Source: an uncultured delta proteobacterium (lineage in GTDB: Bacteria; Desulfobacterota; BSN033; UBA1163). Taken from it: a stretch of DNA of 64,000 nucleotides. The translations under genes were made by a program, and so were the position numbers. The stretch spans positions 34,561 through 98,560 of the forward strand of contig CAVOIK010000011.1 of assembly GCA_963695895.1 (NCBI GenBank). Reading direction: 5' to 3'. Below, piece by piece: positions 1 through 11,306 of the stretch. How positions within the stretch are numbered: the first letter of the stretch is position 1; every line of letters begins with the position of its first letter. Below the pieces are notes generated by a model, which searched no databases, was not told where the DNA came from, and saw nothing but the letters and a program-made list of their open reading frames with translations.

Positions 1-85
1 AATTCGAGGCACAAAATTCGTTCTTAAGATAGTGTCACGAATCCTTTGAATCGTGGGACTCGAAGAAGTTTGCCAAGGAGGAAGA

Positions 86-964
86 ATGAATTTCCAGGAG
101 TTGATCTTTGCGCTGGAACAGTTTTGGGCTGATCAGGGGTGCGTCATTCAACAGCCCTATGACCTGGAGGTGGGCGCCGGAACCTTTCATCCTGCAACCT
201 CTCTCAGGGTCCTCGGCCCTGAGCCTTGGAATGTGGCTTATGTCCAGCCTTCACGACGGCCCAAAGATGGACGCTACGGAGAGAACCCAAACCGGTTACA
301 ACATTATTATCAGTACCAGGTCATCATGAAGCCTTCGCCGATTGATATTCAGGAAATCTACCTCAACAGTCTGAAGTCTTTCGGAATCAATCCCCTGGAT
401 CACGACATCCGTTTCGTCGAAGACGACTGGGAATCTCCCACGCTGGGAGCCTGGGGCTTAGGCTGGGAAGTGTGGCTGGATGGAATGGAGATCACCCAGT
501 TCACCTATTTCCAGCAGACAGGCGGAATTGACCTGAATCCTATTCCCGTGGAGATCACTTATGGGATCGAGCGAATCGCCATGTACTTGCAGGACGTCGG
601 CAACGTGTATGATCTGACGTGGACCAAAGGCGTGAAATACGGAGACGTGCACCATCGGGGAGAGGTGGAATTTTCACGATACAACTTCGAAGAAGCCGAC
701 GTGGCCATGCTTTTTCGGCTTTTCGACATGTACGAGAAGGAGTCCAAGAGCTTAGCGGAGAAAGGACTGGTTTTTCCGGCCTATGATTACTGTCTGAAGA
801 CCTCCCATGCCTTTAATCTTCTTGACGCGAGGGGTGCCATCAGCGTGACCGAACGGATGGGTTACATCTTGCGGGTTAGGGCGCTCGCCAAGCTCTGTGC
901 CGAGGGATATGTCAAACAACGGGAAGAAATGGGATTCCCGCTGTTGAAGAAACGTGAGGAGTAA
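86..964 (+). CDS. glyQ: Glycine--tRNA ligase alpha subunit
   Basis: The translation [19 protein letters not shown]...[25 protein letters not shown] is a typical GlyQ. An aaggagg RBS lies 5 nt upstream of the ATG at 86. The track ORF begins earlier, at a GTG at 53. Confidence 0.95.
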   Translation: MNFQELIFALEQFWADQGCVIQQPYDLEVGAGTFHPATSLRVLGPEPWNVAYVQPSRRPKDGRYGENPNRLQHYYQYQVIMKPSPIDIQEIYLNSLKSFGINPLDHDIRFVEDDWESPTLGAWGLGWEVWLDGMEITQFTYFQQTGGIDLNPIPVEITYGIERIAMYLQDVGNVYDLTWTKGVKYGDVHHRGEVEFSRYNFEEADVAMLFRLFDMYEKESKSLAEKGLVFPAYDYCLKTSHAFNLLDARGAISVTERMGYILRVRALAKLCAEGYVKQREEMGFPLLKKREE

Positions 965-998
965 GGAGTGAGGCGAGGGTAAGGAGCAAGGGCAAGGC
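961..998. repeat. Short-period (7-nt) degenerate tandem repeat, G-rich orientation (gtaagga gtgaggc gagggta aggagca agggcaagg)
   Basis: It is the reverse complement of the ccttgctccttgcgcctcactccttac blocks found at 52-61 kb and 10.64 kb. Confidence 0.7.
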
Positions 999-1081
999 AT
1001 TGTAAGAAACAAAAACATTACGAGACGGACAGACTAACGCTTTGCGCTATGCGATTTTGTGGTTAAGGAGACTTGTCATCA

Positions 1082-3146
1082 ATGAAAGAATTTCTTCTTG
1101 AGATTGGAACTGAAGAGATCCCCGCTGGGTTTGTTCCACAAGCGCTGAGTGATCTGGAGAAGCTTGTCAAAAAGGATCTGGAAGCGCAACGGATCGATTT
1201 TCAAGGGATGAAGACTCTGGGCACGCCGAGACGGCTCGTCCTCGCCATTGAATCGCTCGCTGAACGACAGAAGAGTGTGGAGCTGAGAAAGATCGGACCC
1301 TCAAAGCAGGCAGCCTTCGACGCCAAAGGGAACCCAACCAAAGCTGCCATTGGCTTTGCGAAGAGTCAATCCATTCCTGTGGAGTCCCTGCAGTTGGTTC
1401 CGACGGAGAAAGGAGAGTATGTCTGCGCCATTAAGGAAGAAGCAGGGAAGCCGACTCACGAGATTCTTCCCACCCTTCTCCCCGGATGGATCCTTTCGAT
1501 CCCCTTCCAGAAGTCGATGCGGTGGGCAGACGTTTCCATTCGGTTTGCGCGGCCGATCCACTGGATCTTGGCTCTTTTTGGAGGAGAGGTCATTCCTTTT
1601 GAGGTAGGAAATGTGAGAAGTGGAGACGTGACATACGGCCACCGCTTTATGCACGCGGGCCCGATCCGAGTGAACAACTTGAGCTCTTATCTTCAGAAGA
1701 CCCAAGAAGCTTTTGCGATGGTAGATCCGGCAGAGCGAAAAAAGAAGATTGAAGAAGAGATGGTGAAACAGGCGGCAGAGGTTACGGGAAAAATTCTGAG
1801 GGACGAAGAACTCCTCGATGAAGTGGCGTTTCTGGTTGAATATCCTGTCGCCATGCGTGGAAGCTTCGACCCCAAGTTTCTTTCTCTTCCCCAAGATGTC
1901 CTCGTCCACTCCATGAAGGAACATCAGAGATATTTTCCGGTGGTGGATGAAGATGGGAAACTTCTTCCCCATTTCGTCTGTATCAGCAACATCATGCCGA
2001 AGGATCGAAACGTCGTCATTAAAGGGAATGAGAAGGTCCTTAAAGCCAGGCTTTCTGATGCGGAATACTTTTTCCACGATGACCTGAAGGTTCCTTTGGA
2101 AAAGAGAGTCGAGGAACTGAAGAAAGTTGTCTTCCAGGCAAAACTGGGGACGTCCTATGAGAAGATGTCGCGGTTCAGGCAACTGGCCCTCTTTATGATT
2201 GAACGCATTGATCCAAAGCTTCGTTCTCTTGTGGATCGGGTCGCCTCTCTCTGCAAGGCTGATCTTGTGACCGGAATGGTTGGGGAGTTCCCAAAGCTTC
2301 AGGGGATTGTGGGCAGAGAGTATGCGCGAATTCAGGGAGAAAAACCCGAGGTGGCGGAAGCCATCTACGAGCATTACCTTCCGGGTTTCGCCGGCGATCG
2401 GTTGCCCGGGAGCCCGATCGGAGATGTCGTCAGCATGGCTGACCGGCTCGACACGATCGTAGGCTGTTTTGGCGTTGGTCTGGTCCCCACGGGGACGGCA
2501 GATCCTTTTGGACTGAGACGCCATGCCTTGGCCATTATCAGGATCATCCTGGAGAAGAAATACGCCCTTGCCCTGACCGAGTTGATTGAAGAAAGCGGAA
2601 AACTGCTAAGGGAAAAGATGGAGCGACCCTTCGCGGATGTGAAGAAAGAAGTCCTGGATTTTTTCAGAGTCCGATTCCAATACTTTCTCCTCGATAAGGG
2701 ATATCCATTTGACGTGATTGAGGCCGCCTTTTCAGCTTCTTTCGATGAGCTTTTGGACGTGCAGGGTCGTGTGGATGCACTCGTGGAAGCCAAGAAACTG
2801 AAGGATTTCGAATCCATCGTTATCGGATCGAAACGGGCGATCAACATCTTGAAGGGTTTGACTTCGGTCGGAAAAGTTGACCCTTCTCTCTTCCAAGAGG
2901 CCGCTGAAAAGAGGCTTTACGAGTCTTTTGTCGGTCATGAAGGACAAAGTGGAATCTCATCTCAATCGCCGGGACTACAGAGCAGCCTTGCTTGTCCTCA
3001 TCCAGTTGAAGAAACCCATTGATGATTTCTTTGACAAGGTCATGGTGATGGTTGAGGACAAGAAGATACGGGACAACCGCCTTGCACTTCTCAGTCAGAT
3101 CAGTCAGCTTTTCCTACGCATCGCCGACTTCTCGAAACTCAGTTAG
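1082..3146 (+). CDS. glyS: Glycine--tRNA ligase beta subunit, split by a 1-nt indel near 2927
   Basis: MKEFLLEIGTEEIPAGF marks the N-terminus. The C-terminus (DYRAALLVLIQLKKPIDDFFDKVMVMVEDKKIRDNRLALL) continues in the frame of ORF 2877..3146. One extra T in the T4 run at about 2927 restores ...YESFLSVMKDKVESHL. Confidence 0.9.
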
Positions 3147-3341
3147 AAATCCTCTGTCTGCAAATTGTTACGAATACTCGGTGAATGGGTTTTCTCCGCC
3201 GGAGGATAACCCTGTCAACAGAGTATGTAAAGGCCAAAATCCAGGTTGGATGAGGGAAGCTTGCGGGATGCATATGTTATGATTAGTTACAATGAGACGT
3301 CGTGTGTTAATTAGAGTTTTCGTCGAAAATGAGGAGCCACA

Positions 3342-4559
3342 ATGAAAATAGCCTATTTTGATTGTTTTTCCGGAGCAAGCGGAGACATGATTCTTGGAGC
3401 GTTGATCGATGCCGGGCTCAGCCCCCGCGGGCTCAGGGAGGAGCTGAAAAAACTTCATCTTCCTGCGATTACCGTGAAGGCCAAAAAGGTTCTTAAGGGA
3501 GGGATCTCTGCGACGCGTGTCACCGTCGAGGGGAAAGATGAAGAGCGACCTCACCGGGATTTGAAAGAGATGTTGAAAATCGTGGACCGAAGTGATTTGG
3601 ATAAGGATGTGAAAACGAAAAGCCGGGAGATCTTCGAGAGGATTGCCTCCACAGAGGCAGAGATTCATCGGTCTGTGAAGGAAAAGATCCATTTCCATGA
3701 GTTAGGAGGTCTCGATTCGGTTGTGGATATCTGCGGGGCCGTATGGGGTTTGCGTCAGATCGGAATAGATCAAATTCACGTATCGAAGGTCAACGTAGGA
3801 GCAGGCTTTGTCAGGTGTGAGCATGGTCTCTTACCCGTTCCGGCACCGGCTTCTTTGTCCCTCATGAAAGGAAAACCTATTTATTCCTCCGGCGTGGATA
3901 AGGAACTCCTGACGCCCACAGGAGCAGCGATCCTGACGACCCTGGGGTCGTCCTTCGGAAATCTGCCTCCCATGAAGGTGGAAAGGATTGGGTACGGTGC
4001 AGGTCGAGACGATCTTCCTCATCCGAATGTCCTCAGGCTGATGATCGGAACGTCGGAAACGGCTGCTCGTGAAGAGAGGGTGATGGTGGTCGAAACAAAC
4101 ATTGACGATATGAATCCTCAATTCTACGACTACATCATGGAACAAATGCTTAAGATGGGGGTCAAGGAGGTTTTTCTCACCCCTGTTTTCATGAAGAAGA
4201 ATCGGCCCGCGACCCTTCTTACGGCCATCTGCTCTCTTGGACAGATGCCCGTGGTAACGGAATTCCTTTTCCGAGAGACGACAACAATCGGCCTCCGGTG
4301 GCGTGAAGAGAGGAGGGCACTGGCCGATCGGGAGATCCGTTTCTTCGACACAAAATACGGGAAGATTCGTTTCAAAGTGGCTCGGTGGGAAGGAGCAGTA
4401 ATTAATGTTTCTCCGGAATATGAAGACTGCAAGCGGTTAGCGCTCGAAAGAAAGATCCCTCTGAAGGAAGTGTTCGAGGAAGCCAGAAGACTGGCGGTAA
4501 CGATCAGTAAGGATAGTGAAGTGAAGCTCCACGCCCTCAAGGGCGGGGCTTCCCGGTAA
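3342..4559 (+). CDS. larC: LarC-family nickel insertion protein (DUF111)
   Basis: MKIAYFDCFSGASGDMILGALIDAG matches the LarC/DUF111 N-terminus and the length is 405 aa. The last ~14 codons run into a repeat element. Confidence 0.8.
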   Translation: MKIAYFDCFSGASGDMILGALIDAGLSPRGLREELKKLHLPAITVKAKKVLKGGISATRVTVEGKDEERPHRDLKEMLKIVDRSDLDKDVKTKSREIFERIASTEAEIHRSVKEKIHFHELGGLDSVVDICGAVWGLRQIGIDQIHVSKVNVGAGFVRCEHGLLPVPAPASLSLMKGKPIYSSGVDKELLTPTGAAILTTLGSSFGNLPPMKVERIGYGAGRDDLPHPNVLRLMIGTSETAAREERVMVVETNIDDMNPQFYDYIMEQMLKMGVKEVFLTPVFMKKNRPATLLTAICSLGQMPVVTEFLFRETTTIGLRWREERRALADREIRFFDTKYGKIRFKVARWEGAVINVSPEYEDCKRLALERKIPLKEVFEEARRLAVTISKDSEVKLHALKGGASR

Positions 4560-4624
4560 GGTACTTTCCTTTTATATTGTGCCCCTTGACCCCGCCCTCA
4601 AGGGTGGGGCTTACGGGGCACTTG
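4518..4624 (-). repeat. MITE-like dispersed repeat, family A, copy 1 (inverted relative to copies 2 and 4)
   Basis: It is the reverse complement of the 7320-7446 element. Shared core: ggggcacaatataaaaggaaagtaccttaccgggaagcc, plus two GC hairpins of the form ccccgccctcaagggcgggg. Confidence 0.85.
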
Positions 4625-4712
4625 CCGGTCGCGGGCATCTTGAAAACAAGGCAATGAGATACTATATTGAAAGTGAAAGTTGAACGGAGATATTGGAAAA
4701 GGAGGTCTTAAC

Positions 4713-5289
4713 ATGCGCAAAATCATTCTTCTATTTCCATTATTGCTGGTTTCCCTTTGGCTCATGGGTTGTACGGGTACGATGACAGGTTCTACGATGG
4801 CAACTGCTATGATGGCAGCTCCAACCGCTGACTCGAAACCGCCTGTTATTACAAGCTTTTATGGTCCTGAACTGGCAAGATATGGCGATCCGATTGGATT
4901 CTATATTGCGGCAGAGGACCCCAATAATGACATGCTCCGGGTGGCAGTGGTCATCAGTCAGGTGGGTTATGGTAGCTACGAGACAGATTGGCTATATTTA
5001 AAGGGAGATCGCGAAGGTCGTTTTAAGGGGTACCTTCAGTGGAACACCTTTAGCAAGCACGGCCCTATCCCCGAATGGACTCGAGTTTCCGTAGAACATT
5101 TCGGTTTTTGACAAGACGGGGCTTGAGAGTAATGAGGTCGTAGTTCCGTTGATGTTTGTATCAAACGCGGTAAGTTATGCACCACCGCCTGCGCCCTTTG
5201 ATCAAAGGGATGTTCCGCGATTAGGATACATTCATATTGATCTCTTCAACCCATTCAGAGATGGCGGCCGTATCTGGGAACCGGATTGA
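4713..5289 (+). CDS. Hypothetical lipoprotein, probably extended past a T5-run indel at ~5107
   Basis: MRKIILLFPLLLVSLWLMGC carries a signal peptide and lipobox, with an aaaggagg RBS upstream. After the stop at 5111 the +1 frame stays open for 59 more codons to 5289. A hairpin with a T-tract follows at ~5325-5360. Confidence 0.5.
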
Positions 5290-5421
5290 TTGGAGCTTTA
5301 CTATTTGGACTATGAGCGGTGGAACGAACGGGGCCTGTTTAATACGGGCCCTTTTATTTTTCTTGCTTTTCTGGTTACAGGATGGTAAGAATTCAATAAA
5401 TCGTAACCAAGGGGGAACATT

Positions 5422-5886
5422 ATGCAACGCAGGATGATTCAACAAAATTACTGGATTGCCCTTTTGATGGTACTTCTGCTCGGTTCGATCTGGATGGGGT
5501 GTAGTTCCAACGTAAAAGAGACGCGGGGAGAAACAGCAGAAGGGTCCAATATGGGAGTGGGTAAATATTATTTTTTTGATGATATCCTCATTCCACAAGA
5601 ACTCAGCTACGATCAAGACGAATCCTTTGTTTATGAGGCACCTCAATTCAAGACGGGGATCATGGTCTTTACGAAGTGGCGACTTGATCCGAATTCTCTG
5701 GTTGATTTCTTCTCGCATTACATGGAAAAGGATAATTGGAAGCTGATGAACAGTTTCCGAGGAAAAGAATCCACCCTCAATTTTTCGAAAGCGGATAGGG
5801 GCTGTACCATCAAGATCTCTGAAAAATGGTATGGGACGACGGTGGTAGAGGTTCGTGTGGGTCCGGTGGGGATGAAAAAGATGTAA
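5422..5886 (+). CDS. Hypothetical lipoprotein
   Basis: The N-terminal hydrophobic segment ends in the lipobox-like IWMGCSS. I recognise no family. Confidence 0.5.
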   Translation: MQRRMIQQNYWIALLMVLLLGSIWMGCSSNVKETRGETAEGSNMGVGKYYFFDDILIPQELSYDQDESFVYEAPQFKTGIMVFTKWRLDPNSLVDFFSHYMEKDNWKLMNSFRGKESTLNFSKADRGCTIKISEKWYGTTVVEVRVGPVGMKKM

Positions 5887-7346
5887 ATGTCAGAGACATT
5901 GCTTCAGCAAGTTGCAGAGGCCATTGAACGCCATCAGTTGTTGAACAAGGGGGACCGGGTTGTTGTTGGAGTTTCCGGAGGAATGGATTCAATGGTCCTC
6001 CTCCACGTGCTTCATGCCTTCCGTGAAAGCCTTCGACTCGAATTGATCGTCGCCCACGTTAACCACGGGTTGCGTCCTGCCGAATCCGAAAAAGAAGCCG
6101 AGCTGGTTGAACGAGAGAGTCGACGGCTCGGCTACCCTGTTCGAGTATGGGCAATTCGATGTGAGAGAGTTTCAGAAAGAGTCCGGTTATTCCCCTCAGG
6201 ACGCTGCCCGTAAAATTCGGTTTCATTTCTTCAATCATCTGATCACCAAGCACAAAGCACAGAAGTTGGCTCTGGGCCACAATGCAGATGATCAGGTGGA
6301 GACCATCCTCCTTCGGTTGATCAGAGGGTCTGGATTGAGAGGCCTCAAGGGGATGCTCCCGATTCGGGAGGGACGGGTGGTTCGTCCTCTTCTCGACGTG
6401 TGGAGGGAGAGAGATCGAATCTTTCACTCGGGAGAGAGGAATCCCCTATCTTGTCGACTCCTCAAACCTGAAAGAGAAGTATCTTCGTAATCGGATTCGA
6501 CTGAAACTCATTCCTTCGATCGAAAAAGAGTACCAGCCCAACTTCAGAGAAGTGGTCCTGAGAAACTCGGCGATTCTTCGGGCTGAGGATGACTATCTGA
6601 GCCAGAAGACAGAAGAGACCTACCAGACGATGATCCAAGAGGGAGAAAATACCCTAGTCTTTTCATATCCTTCGTACCAATCTCTTCCGGAAGCCATTCG
6701 ATGGCGAATCCTGGAAAAACTTCTTGGAAAGTTGCAGGACGGCGAAGCAGGCTCGGAAGAAGGAGAATGGGTTGACGTCTTCCCGGTCTTTCAGAGGTTG
6801 AATTCCAGGGCTCCAAGTTTTCTTATGGAATTACCTCGAGGGTTAACCCTTGAGAAGAGGTATGACCAAGTAGTTTTGGGAAAAGGGAAGGTGACTACTG
6901 TCCCACCATTTGAAGTCGAGCTTCTCACGGCCGGCCGCACCTTGATTCAAGACATTCAAAAAGAAGTCATGATGGATGATATGTCCTGGAAGGGCAACGC
7001 AAAAGCTCGGGGATCTCCCACTGTGGCTCTCGTTGACTATCAGGCGCTCCAGTTTCCACTCAAGATGCGGAATTTCAGGCCGGGTGACCGATTTCAGCCG
7101 CTCGGGAGTCAAGGAACTCAAAAGTTGAAGGAATTTTTTATCGATCACAAAGTTCCGAGGTTCGAAAGACCGAAGATTCCTTTACTCATCTCTGGAGAAA
7201 CGATTGCCTGGGTTGTGGGTCATCGCATCAGTGAAAGAGTGAAGGTGAAGGAGACAACGAAGAGGGTTCTGCGGATTGAAGTAAGAGAAGTTATCTGGAT
7301 GATTGAAACGAATGACCGACAAGTGCCCCGTAAGCCCGGCTCTTGA
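5887..7346 (+). CDS. tilS: tRNA(Ile)-lysidine synthase, split into three frames (indels near 6137 and 6410)
   Basis: PP-loop VGVSGGMDSMVLLH, then ALGHNADDQVETILLRLIRGSGLRGLKGM, then SSNLKEKYLRNRIRLKLIP. The C-terminal domain ends TIAWVVGHRISERVKV. Confidence 0.88.
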
Positions 7347-7446
7347 GGGCGGGGCCCCTGCCACCCGGCAGGCAGGAAGGGGCACAATATAAAAGGAAAG
7401 TACCTTACCGGGAAGCCACACCCTTTAGGGCGTGGAGCTTCACTTG
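7320..7446 (+). repeat. MITE-like dispersed repeat, family A, copy 2
   Basis: It runs from caagtgccccgtaagcc to ggagcttcacttg, with terminal caagtg/cacttg inverted ends. It overlaps the last 9 codons of tilS. Confidence 0.85.
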
Positions 7447-7469
7447 ATAGGGTTTGAAGAGGACGACAT

Positions 7470-8534
7470 ATGGCCAGAGTGACCAAAGGACGATCGAAGA
7501 AAGCAGGGTTGCCTCCCGGAACACTGATTCACATCGGAGCCCGAAAGGTTCAGGAACCCAAAATCACGATTCTTGATTATGATGAGAACCAGTTTCACGA
7601 AAGAGAAGTAAAGGCCATCGAAGAATGTTTTATCTTTAAGGACAAGCCGACGGTCACCTGGATCAACATTGATGGACTCCATCAGACGGAAATCCTGGAA
7701 AAATTGGGAGAATGTTACGGATTGCATCCTCTGGTCTTGGAGGACATTCTCAATACAGAGCAGCGGCCCAAAATGGAAGACTACGCAGAGTATCTCTATG
7801 TGGTCGTGAAAATGCTTCATGACAAGGGCAAGAAGGGCCAGGTAGAAGCGGAGCAGGTGAGCCTCATCGTGGGGCCGAATTTTGTCTTTTCTTTTCAGGA
7901 GAGCGGAGGTGATGTCTTCGAGCCCATCCGTGAAAGGATTCGAAATGGGAAAGGTCGGGTCCGAAAAATGGGAGCTGATTATCTAATGTATAGCCTCCTC
8001 GATGCCATTGTGGATTACTATTTTGTTATCTTGGAAAAACTGGGGGAGAGGGTCGAGTTTCTGGAAGAGGAGCTCGTCACGAATCCGAAGACCCAGACTC
8101 TTCAGGAAATCCACCACCTCAAGAGCGAGATGATATTCCTTCGGAAGGCGGTTTGGCCTTTGCGAGAGGTCATCGGAGCCCTGGAAAGAGGAGAGTCTCC
8201 ACTGATTCAGAAGACGACGAGCGTGTATCTCAGGGATGTCTATGATCACACCATCCAAGCCATTGATACTGTGGAAACGTTCAGAGACATGGTTTCAGGT
8301 ATGCTGGATATTTATCTTTCGAGTGTCAGCAATCGGCTAAATGCTGTGATGAAGGTACTGACGATCATCGCCACTGTTTTCATGCCGCTGACATTCCTGG
8401 CTGGGGTTTACGGCATGAATTTCAAGTACATGCCAGAACTGGAATGGCGGTGGGGATATCCTTTGATTTGGGCAGTGATGATCGGAATCGGTGTCGTCAT
8501 GCTGATTTACTTCAAGAAAAAGAAATGGCTGTAA
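7470..8534 (+). CDS. corA: Magnesium/cobalt transporter CorA
   Basis: 354 aa with a C-terminal YGMNF motif (AGVYGMNFKYMPEL) and two transmembrane segments. Confidence 0.9.
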   Translation: MARVTKGRSKKAGLPPGTLIHIGARKVQEPKITILDYDENQFHEREVKAIEECFIFKDKPTVTWINIDGLHQTEILEKLGECYGLHPLVLEDILNTEQRPKMEDYAEYLYVVVKMLHDKGKKGQVEAEQVSLIVGPNFVFSFQESGGDVFEPIRERIRNGKGRVRKMGADYLMYSLLDAIVDYYFVILEKLGERVEFLEEELVTNPKTQTLQEIHHLKSEMIFLRKAVWPLREVIGALERGESPLIQKTTSVYLRDVYDHTIQAIDTVETFRDMVSGMLDIYLSSVSNRLNAVMKVLTIIATVFMPLTFLAGVYGMNFKYMPELEWRWGYPLIWAVMIGIGVVMLIYFKKKKWL

Positions 8535-8544
8535 AGAGAGAGGG

Positions 8545-8655
8545 TCCCAGGGTTCAAGGGTTCTAGGGTTCAAGGTCTGGCAGGAAGCGCTTTTCATGAA
8601 TCGTGGAAGTCAGTTTTGCCTCGTACGCTCTCCCTCGAAGCCTTGAAGCCTTGGG
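8545..8655. repeat. Imperfect inverted repeat made of 8-nt tandem words (gggttcaa... / ...ccttgaagcc) between convergent genes
   Basis: The arms lie at 8545-8575 and 8632-8655. It may act as a bidirectional terminator. Confidence 0.55.
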
Positions 8656-8658
8656 CCT

Positions 8659-9408
8659 TTAAGGTTTCTGTATCCGTTGATAGACCTTCTTCCAACTCTC
8701 CGTCTCGAGAAAACTTCCGGAAACATTTTTCAGAAGCTTTAAGAATACAGAGTAGGGCATGGCCAGAGTGAGAATGTCTTTTTCCACCATGGGCCTCGCA
8801 GAGACATCGAACATTCCCAGGATGACGTGAGGCCTTTCCTTGTCAGCTTCCTTCAACGGGTAGGCGAGAATGGCACTGCATCCAGAACCGAAGGGCGTGT
8901 GGACAGCCTCTAGGCTTTCCAAGGAGTAGTTCGCCAAGGTAAAAAGTCCCGACAGAATATCGGGAGACGCAAAGAAAACAACCACTTCGGGTTGCTCTCT
9001 TCCCTGGAATTGGTTGATAGGTTTGAACACGCAGTACTTCGCGGGGGCCCGTTTTGGTATTCGACTTGCGATAAAGATCTTGGCAAGCTCTGGAGTCTTG
9101 ACATATCGCTCTCCCTCCATCTCACCCGGAATTCCGCAGGAGAGGAAATATTCAAGTTTTGGCCTCGGTGATTCGAAGAATCCCATGTAGTACGCACCGC
9201 CGGGACATCCGAAATGCTCTTTATCAAAATAAACAGTCTCACCGTCTTGCCTGGCCTTTTTCAGAAGTCCGATCATGCACATATGGATATTCGGTTGGGG
9301 GGTCACCCCTTCCGGTTTATCGTTTGTGTAATAGACGCCCAGGGGATGCTCTCTCAACCCAAGTATTTCCTGGAACTGCTTCCACAGCCTTTCAGAGTTT
9401 ACCATCAT
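8659..9408 (-). CDS. DUF169 domain protein
   Basis: The overall sequence looks like DUF169. The start was chosen at the ATG at 9408, which follows an aaggagg RBS. Confidence 0.6.
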   Translation of the reverse strand: MMVNSERLWKQFQEILGLREHPLGVYYTNDKPEGVTPQPNIHMCMIGLLKKARQDGETVYFDKEHFGCPGGAYYMGFFESPRPKLEYFLSCGIPGEMEGERYVKTPELAKIFIASRIPKRAPAKYCVFKPINQFQGREQPEVVVFFASPDILSGLFTLANYSLESLEAVHTPFGSGCSAILAYPLKEADKERPHVILGMFDVSARPMVEKDILTLAMPYSVFLKLLKNVSGSFLETESWKKVYQRIQKP

Positions 9409-9427
9409 CCTCTCCTCCTTCGGCCTA

Positions 9428-9920
9428 TCATTCTTGGCCACATTCTGACGGGTCTCCCTTTAACTTGGACAAGGCATGGGGCAGGGCGGGTAGAATTACA
9501 GCAAGATTTTCTTTTACACCTTTGGGGCTTCCAGGTAAGTTGACAATCAGACAGGAGCCCCTGATGCCAACGACTGCTCTCGAAATCATGGCATGGGGTG
9601 TCTTCTTGAGGCTCTCAGCCCTCATGGCCTCTGAAAAACCAGGGACTTCTTTTTCGATGACTTTCAGCGTCGCATCGGGTGTGACGTCTCGTGGACTGAG
9701 ACCAGTCCCTCCTGTGGTGAGGACCAAGTCTGCTCGCATCTGGTCTGAACACTTCTTCAGGGCTTCGATGATCACGTCTGTTTCATCAGGAATGATCTCA
9801 GTAGTGGATGACTTTACCGGGAAGATCCTTGATCATCTCTCGAATCAGGGGACCACTCGCGTCCTCACGCTCGCCCTTTGAGCCTTTATCGCTTATCGTT
9901 AATATTGCAACCTTGAACAT
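9428..9920 (-). CDS. mog: MogA/MoaB-family molybdopterin adenylyltransferase, indel near 9800
   Basis: The N-terminus MFKVAILTISDKGSKGEREDASGP starts at 9920. The C-terminal part is LVLTTGGTGLSPRDVTPDAT...NLPGSPKG. Confidence 0.8.
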
Positions 9921-9963
9921 ATTTACCTCATCATTCAGATATCAAAGCTCAAATTTCAGGGGA

Positions 9964-10033
9964 AAGGTTGAGGTTAAGGTTGAGGTTAAGATTGAAAAAA
10001 ATGAAGTCCTAACCCTCAGCCTAAACCTAAGCC
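9964..10033. repeat. Long imperfect hairpin of 6-nt tandem words (ggttga/ggttaa vs cctaac/cctaag)
   Basis: The arms lie at 9964-9990 and 10008-10033. The right arm overlaps the MOSC stop codon. Confidence 0.6.
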
Positions 10034-10482
10034 TGCTCTTGGATGACTATTTCATCGCCCGCCGCTACTTTGCCGTCATTGATGACTTCGGCAAAGATTC
10101 CTTCTTTGGGCATCACACAGTCACCCGCCTGGTAATAGATTGCACACCGTTCATGGCACTCCTTGCCAATCTGGGTTACTCGAAGGACGACTTGTTTCCC
10201 AATGCGAATAATTGTTCCGATAGGTAAGTGGACAAGATCAATTCCCTCGGTTGTTATGTTCTCAGCAAAATCGCCATAGCCCACGTTGAGGCCCAGAGCC
10301 GTCATTTTCTGAATAGACTCATTGGCCAGTAGGCTGATCTGCCTGTGCCATGGCCCACCATGGGCATCATCTTTCAGTCCAAAGTCCTTGAGGACATGAC
10401 ATGAATTGACGTTCGTCTTCCGCGTCCCCTTTTTCTCGCTGATGTTGACGGCCAGGACTCTTCCTCTGTTCGGTTCTGTCAT
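10027..10482 (-). CDS. MOSC domain protein
   Basis: 151 aa. The pattern GLKDDAHGGPWHRQISLL...GDFAENITTEGIDL is typical of MOSC. Confidence 0.8.
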   Translation of the reverse strand: MTEPNRGRVLAVNISEKKGTRKTNVNSCHVLKDFGLKDDAHGGPWHRQISLLANESIQKMTALGLNVGYGDFAENITTEGIDLVHLPIGTIIRIGKQVVLRVTQIGKECHERCAIYYQAGDCVMPKEGIFAEVINDGKVAAGDEIVIQEQA

Positions 10483-10659
10483 TCACTGTTCTCCTCTGCC
10501 ATTGTGGAAAGGGTTCAAGGATTAGCGCAAAGGCGATTCGGAGGTAGTTCTGTAGGGCAGCATGCGGTCAATTGAGGGTCAATTAAAACATTGCAGATCT
10601 CACTTGACCCCTAGGACCACCTCGGACCCTTCTGTTCTATTGTCCGAACCCCTAACTCC

Positions 10660-11145
10660 TTACTCCTTGCGCCTAACGGCGTACATCCCGCTCTTCCCAC
10701 CCTTCTTCATGACCAAGTGGATGTTCGAAAGAGTCATTCCGCGATCGATCGCCTTGCACATATCATAGATCGTCATTCCCGCTACAGAGACAGCGACAAG
10801 CGCTTCCATCTCCACGCCTGTCTGAGCTTTGATCCTGACACGAGATTCGATGTCGATTCGGCTCTCCTTTTCCACCGGAGAGAAATTGATCTCAATATGA
10901 GCAAGATTGAGAGGATGGCACATCGGAATGATTTCTGCCGTCTTCTTGGCTGCCATGATGCCTGCCACTCTCGCAACGGCAAAAACATCGCCCTTTTCGA
11001 TTTTACCGGAGATGATTTTTTTAAAGGTCTGAGGTTTCATGAAGATGGATCCCCGAACCACGGCTTCCCTGAAGGTCTCCTTCTTCTTGCTGACATCCAC
11101 CATTCTTGCCCGACCCTGCTTATCAAAGTGAGTCAGTTTCGCCAT
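10660..11145 (-). CDS. moaC: Cyclic pyranopterin monophosphate synthase MoaC
   Basis: MAKLTHFDKQGRARMVDVSKK...IIPMCHPL...TGVEMEALVAVSVAGMTIYDMCKA. The internal ATG at 11145 was chosen as the start. Confidence 0.9.
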   Translation of the reverse strand: MAKLTHFDKQGRARMVDVSKKKETFREAVVRGSIFMKPQTFKKIISGKIEKGDVFAVARVAGIMAAKKTAEIIPMCHPLNLAHIEINFSPVEKESRIDIESRVRIKAQTGVEMEALVAVSVAGMTIYDMCKAIDRGMTLSNIHLVMKKGGKSGMYAVRRKE

Positions 11146-11306
11146 TGAACCTCCAAGGAATGAGCGTTTCACTGTAGGATCGCTTCTGCAGGGCTTGAGG
11201 AGCGCTTCGCTTGAGGACCGTATGCTTGAGGTAAAGTCAATGGCTAGCCTCGGTCCTCTCCCCTCGAGGCCAAAGGCCGCTCCTCGAGTGCAAACGGTCA
11301 TTTTGA

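Noticed and set aside
1301-2524. A 407-aa ORF on the minus strand
   Set aside because: It lies entirely antisense to glyS, which has clear homology. Its composition is low-complexity and R/S/L/P-rich, as expected for a shadow ORF.
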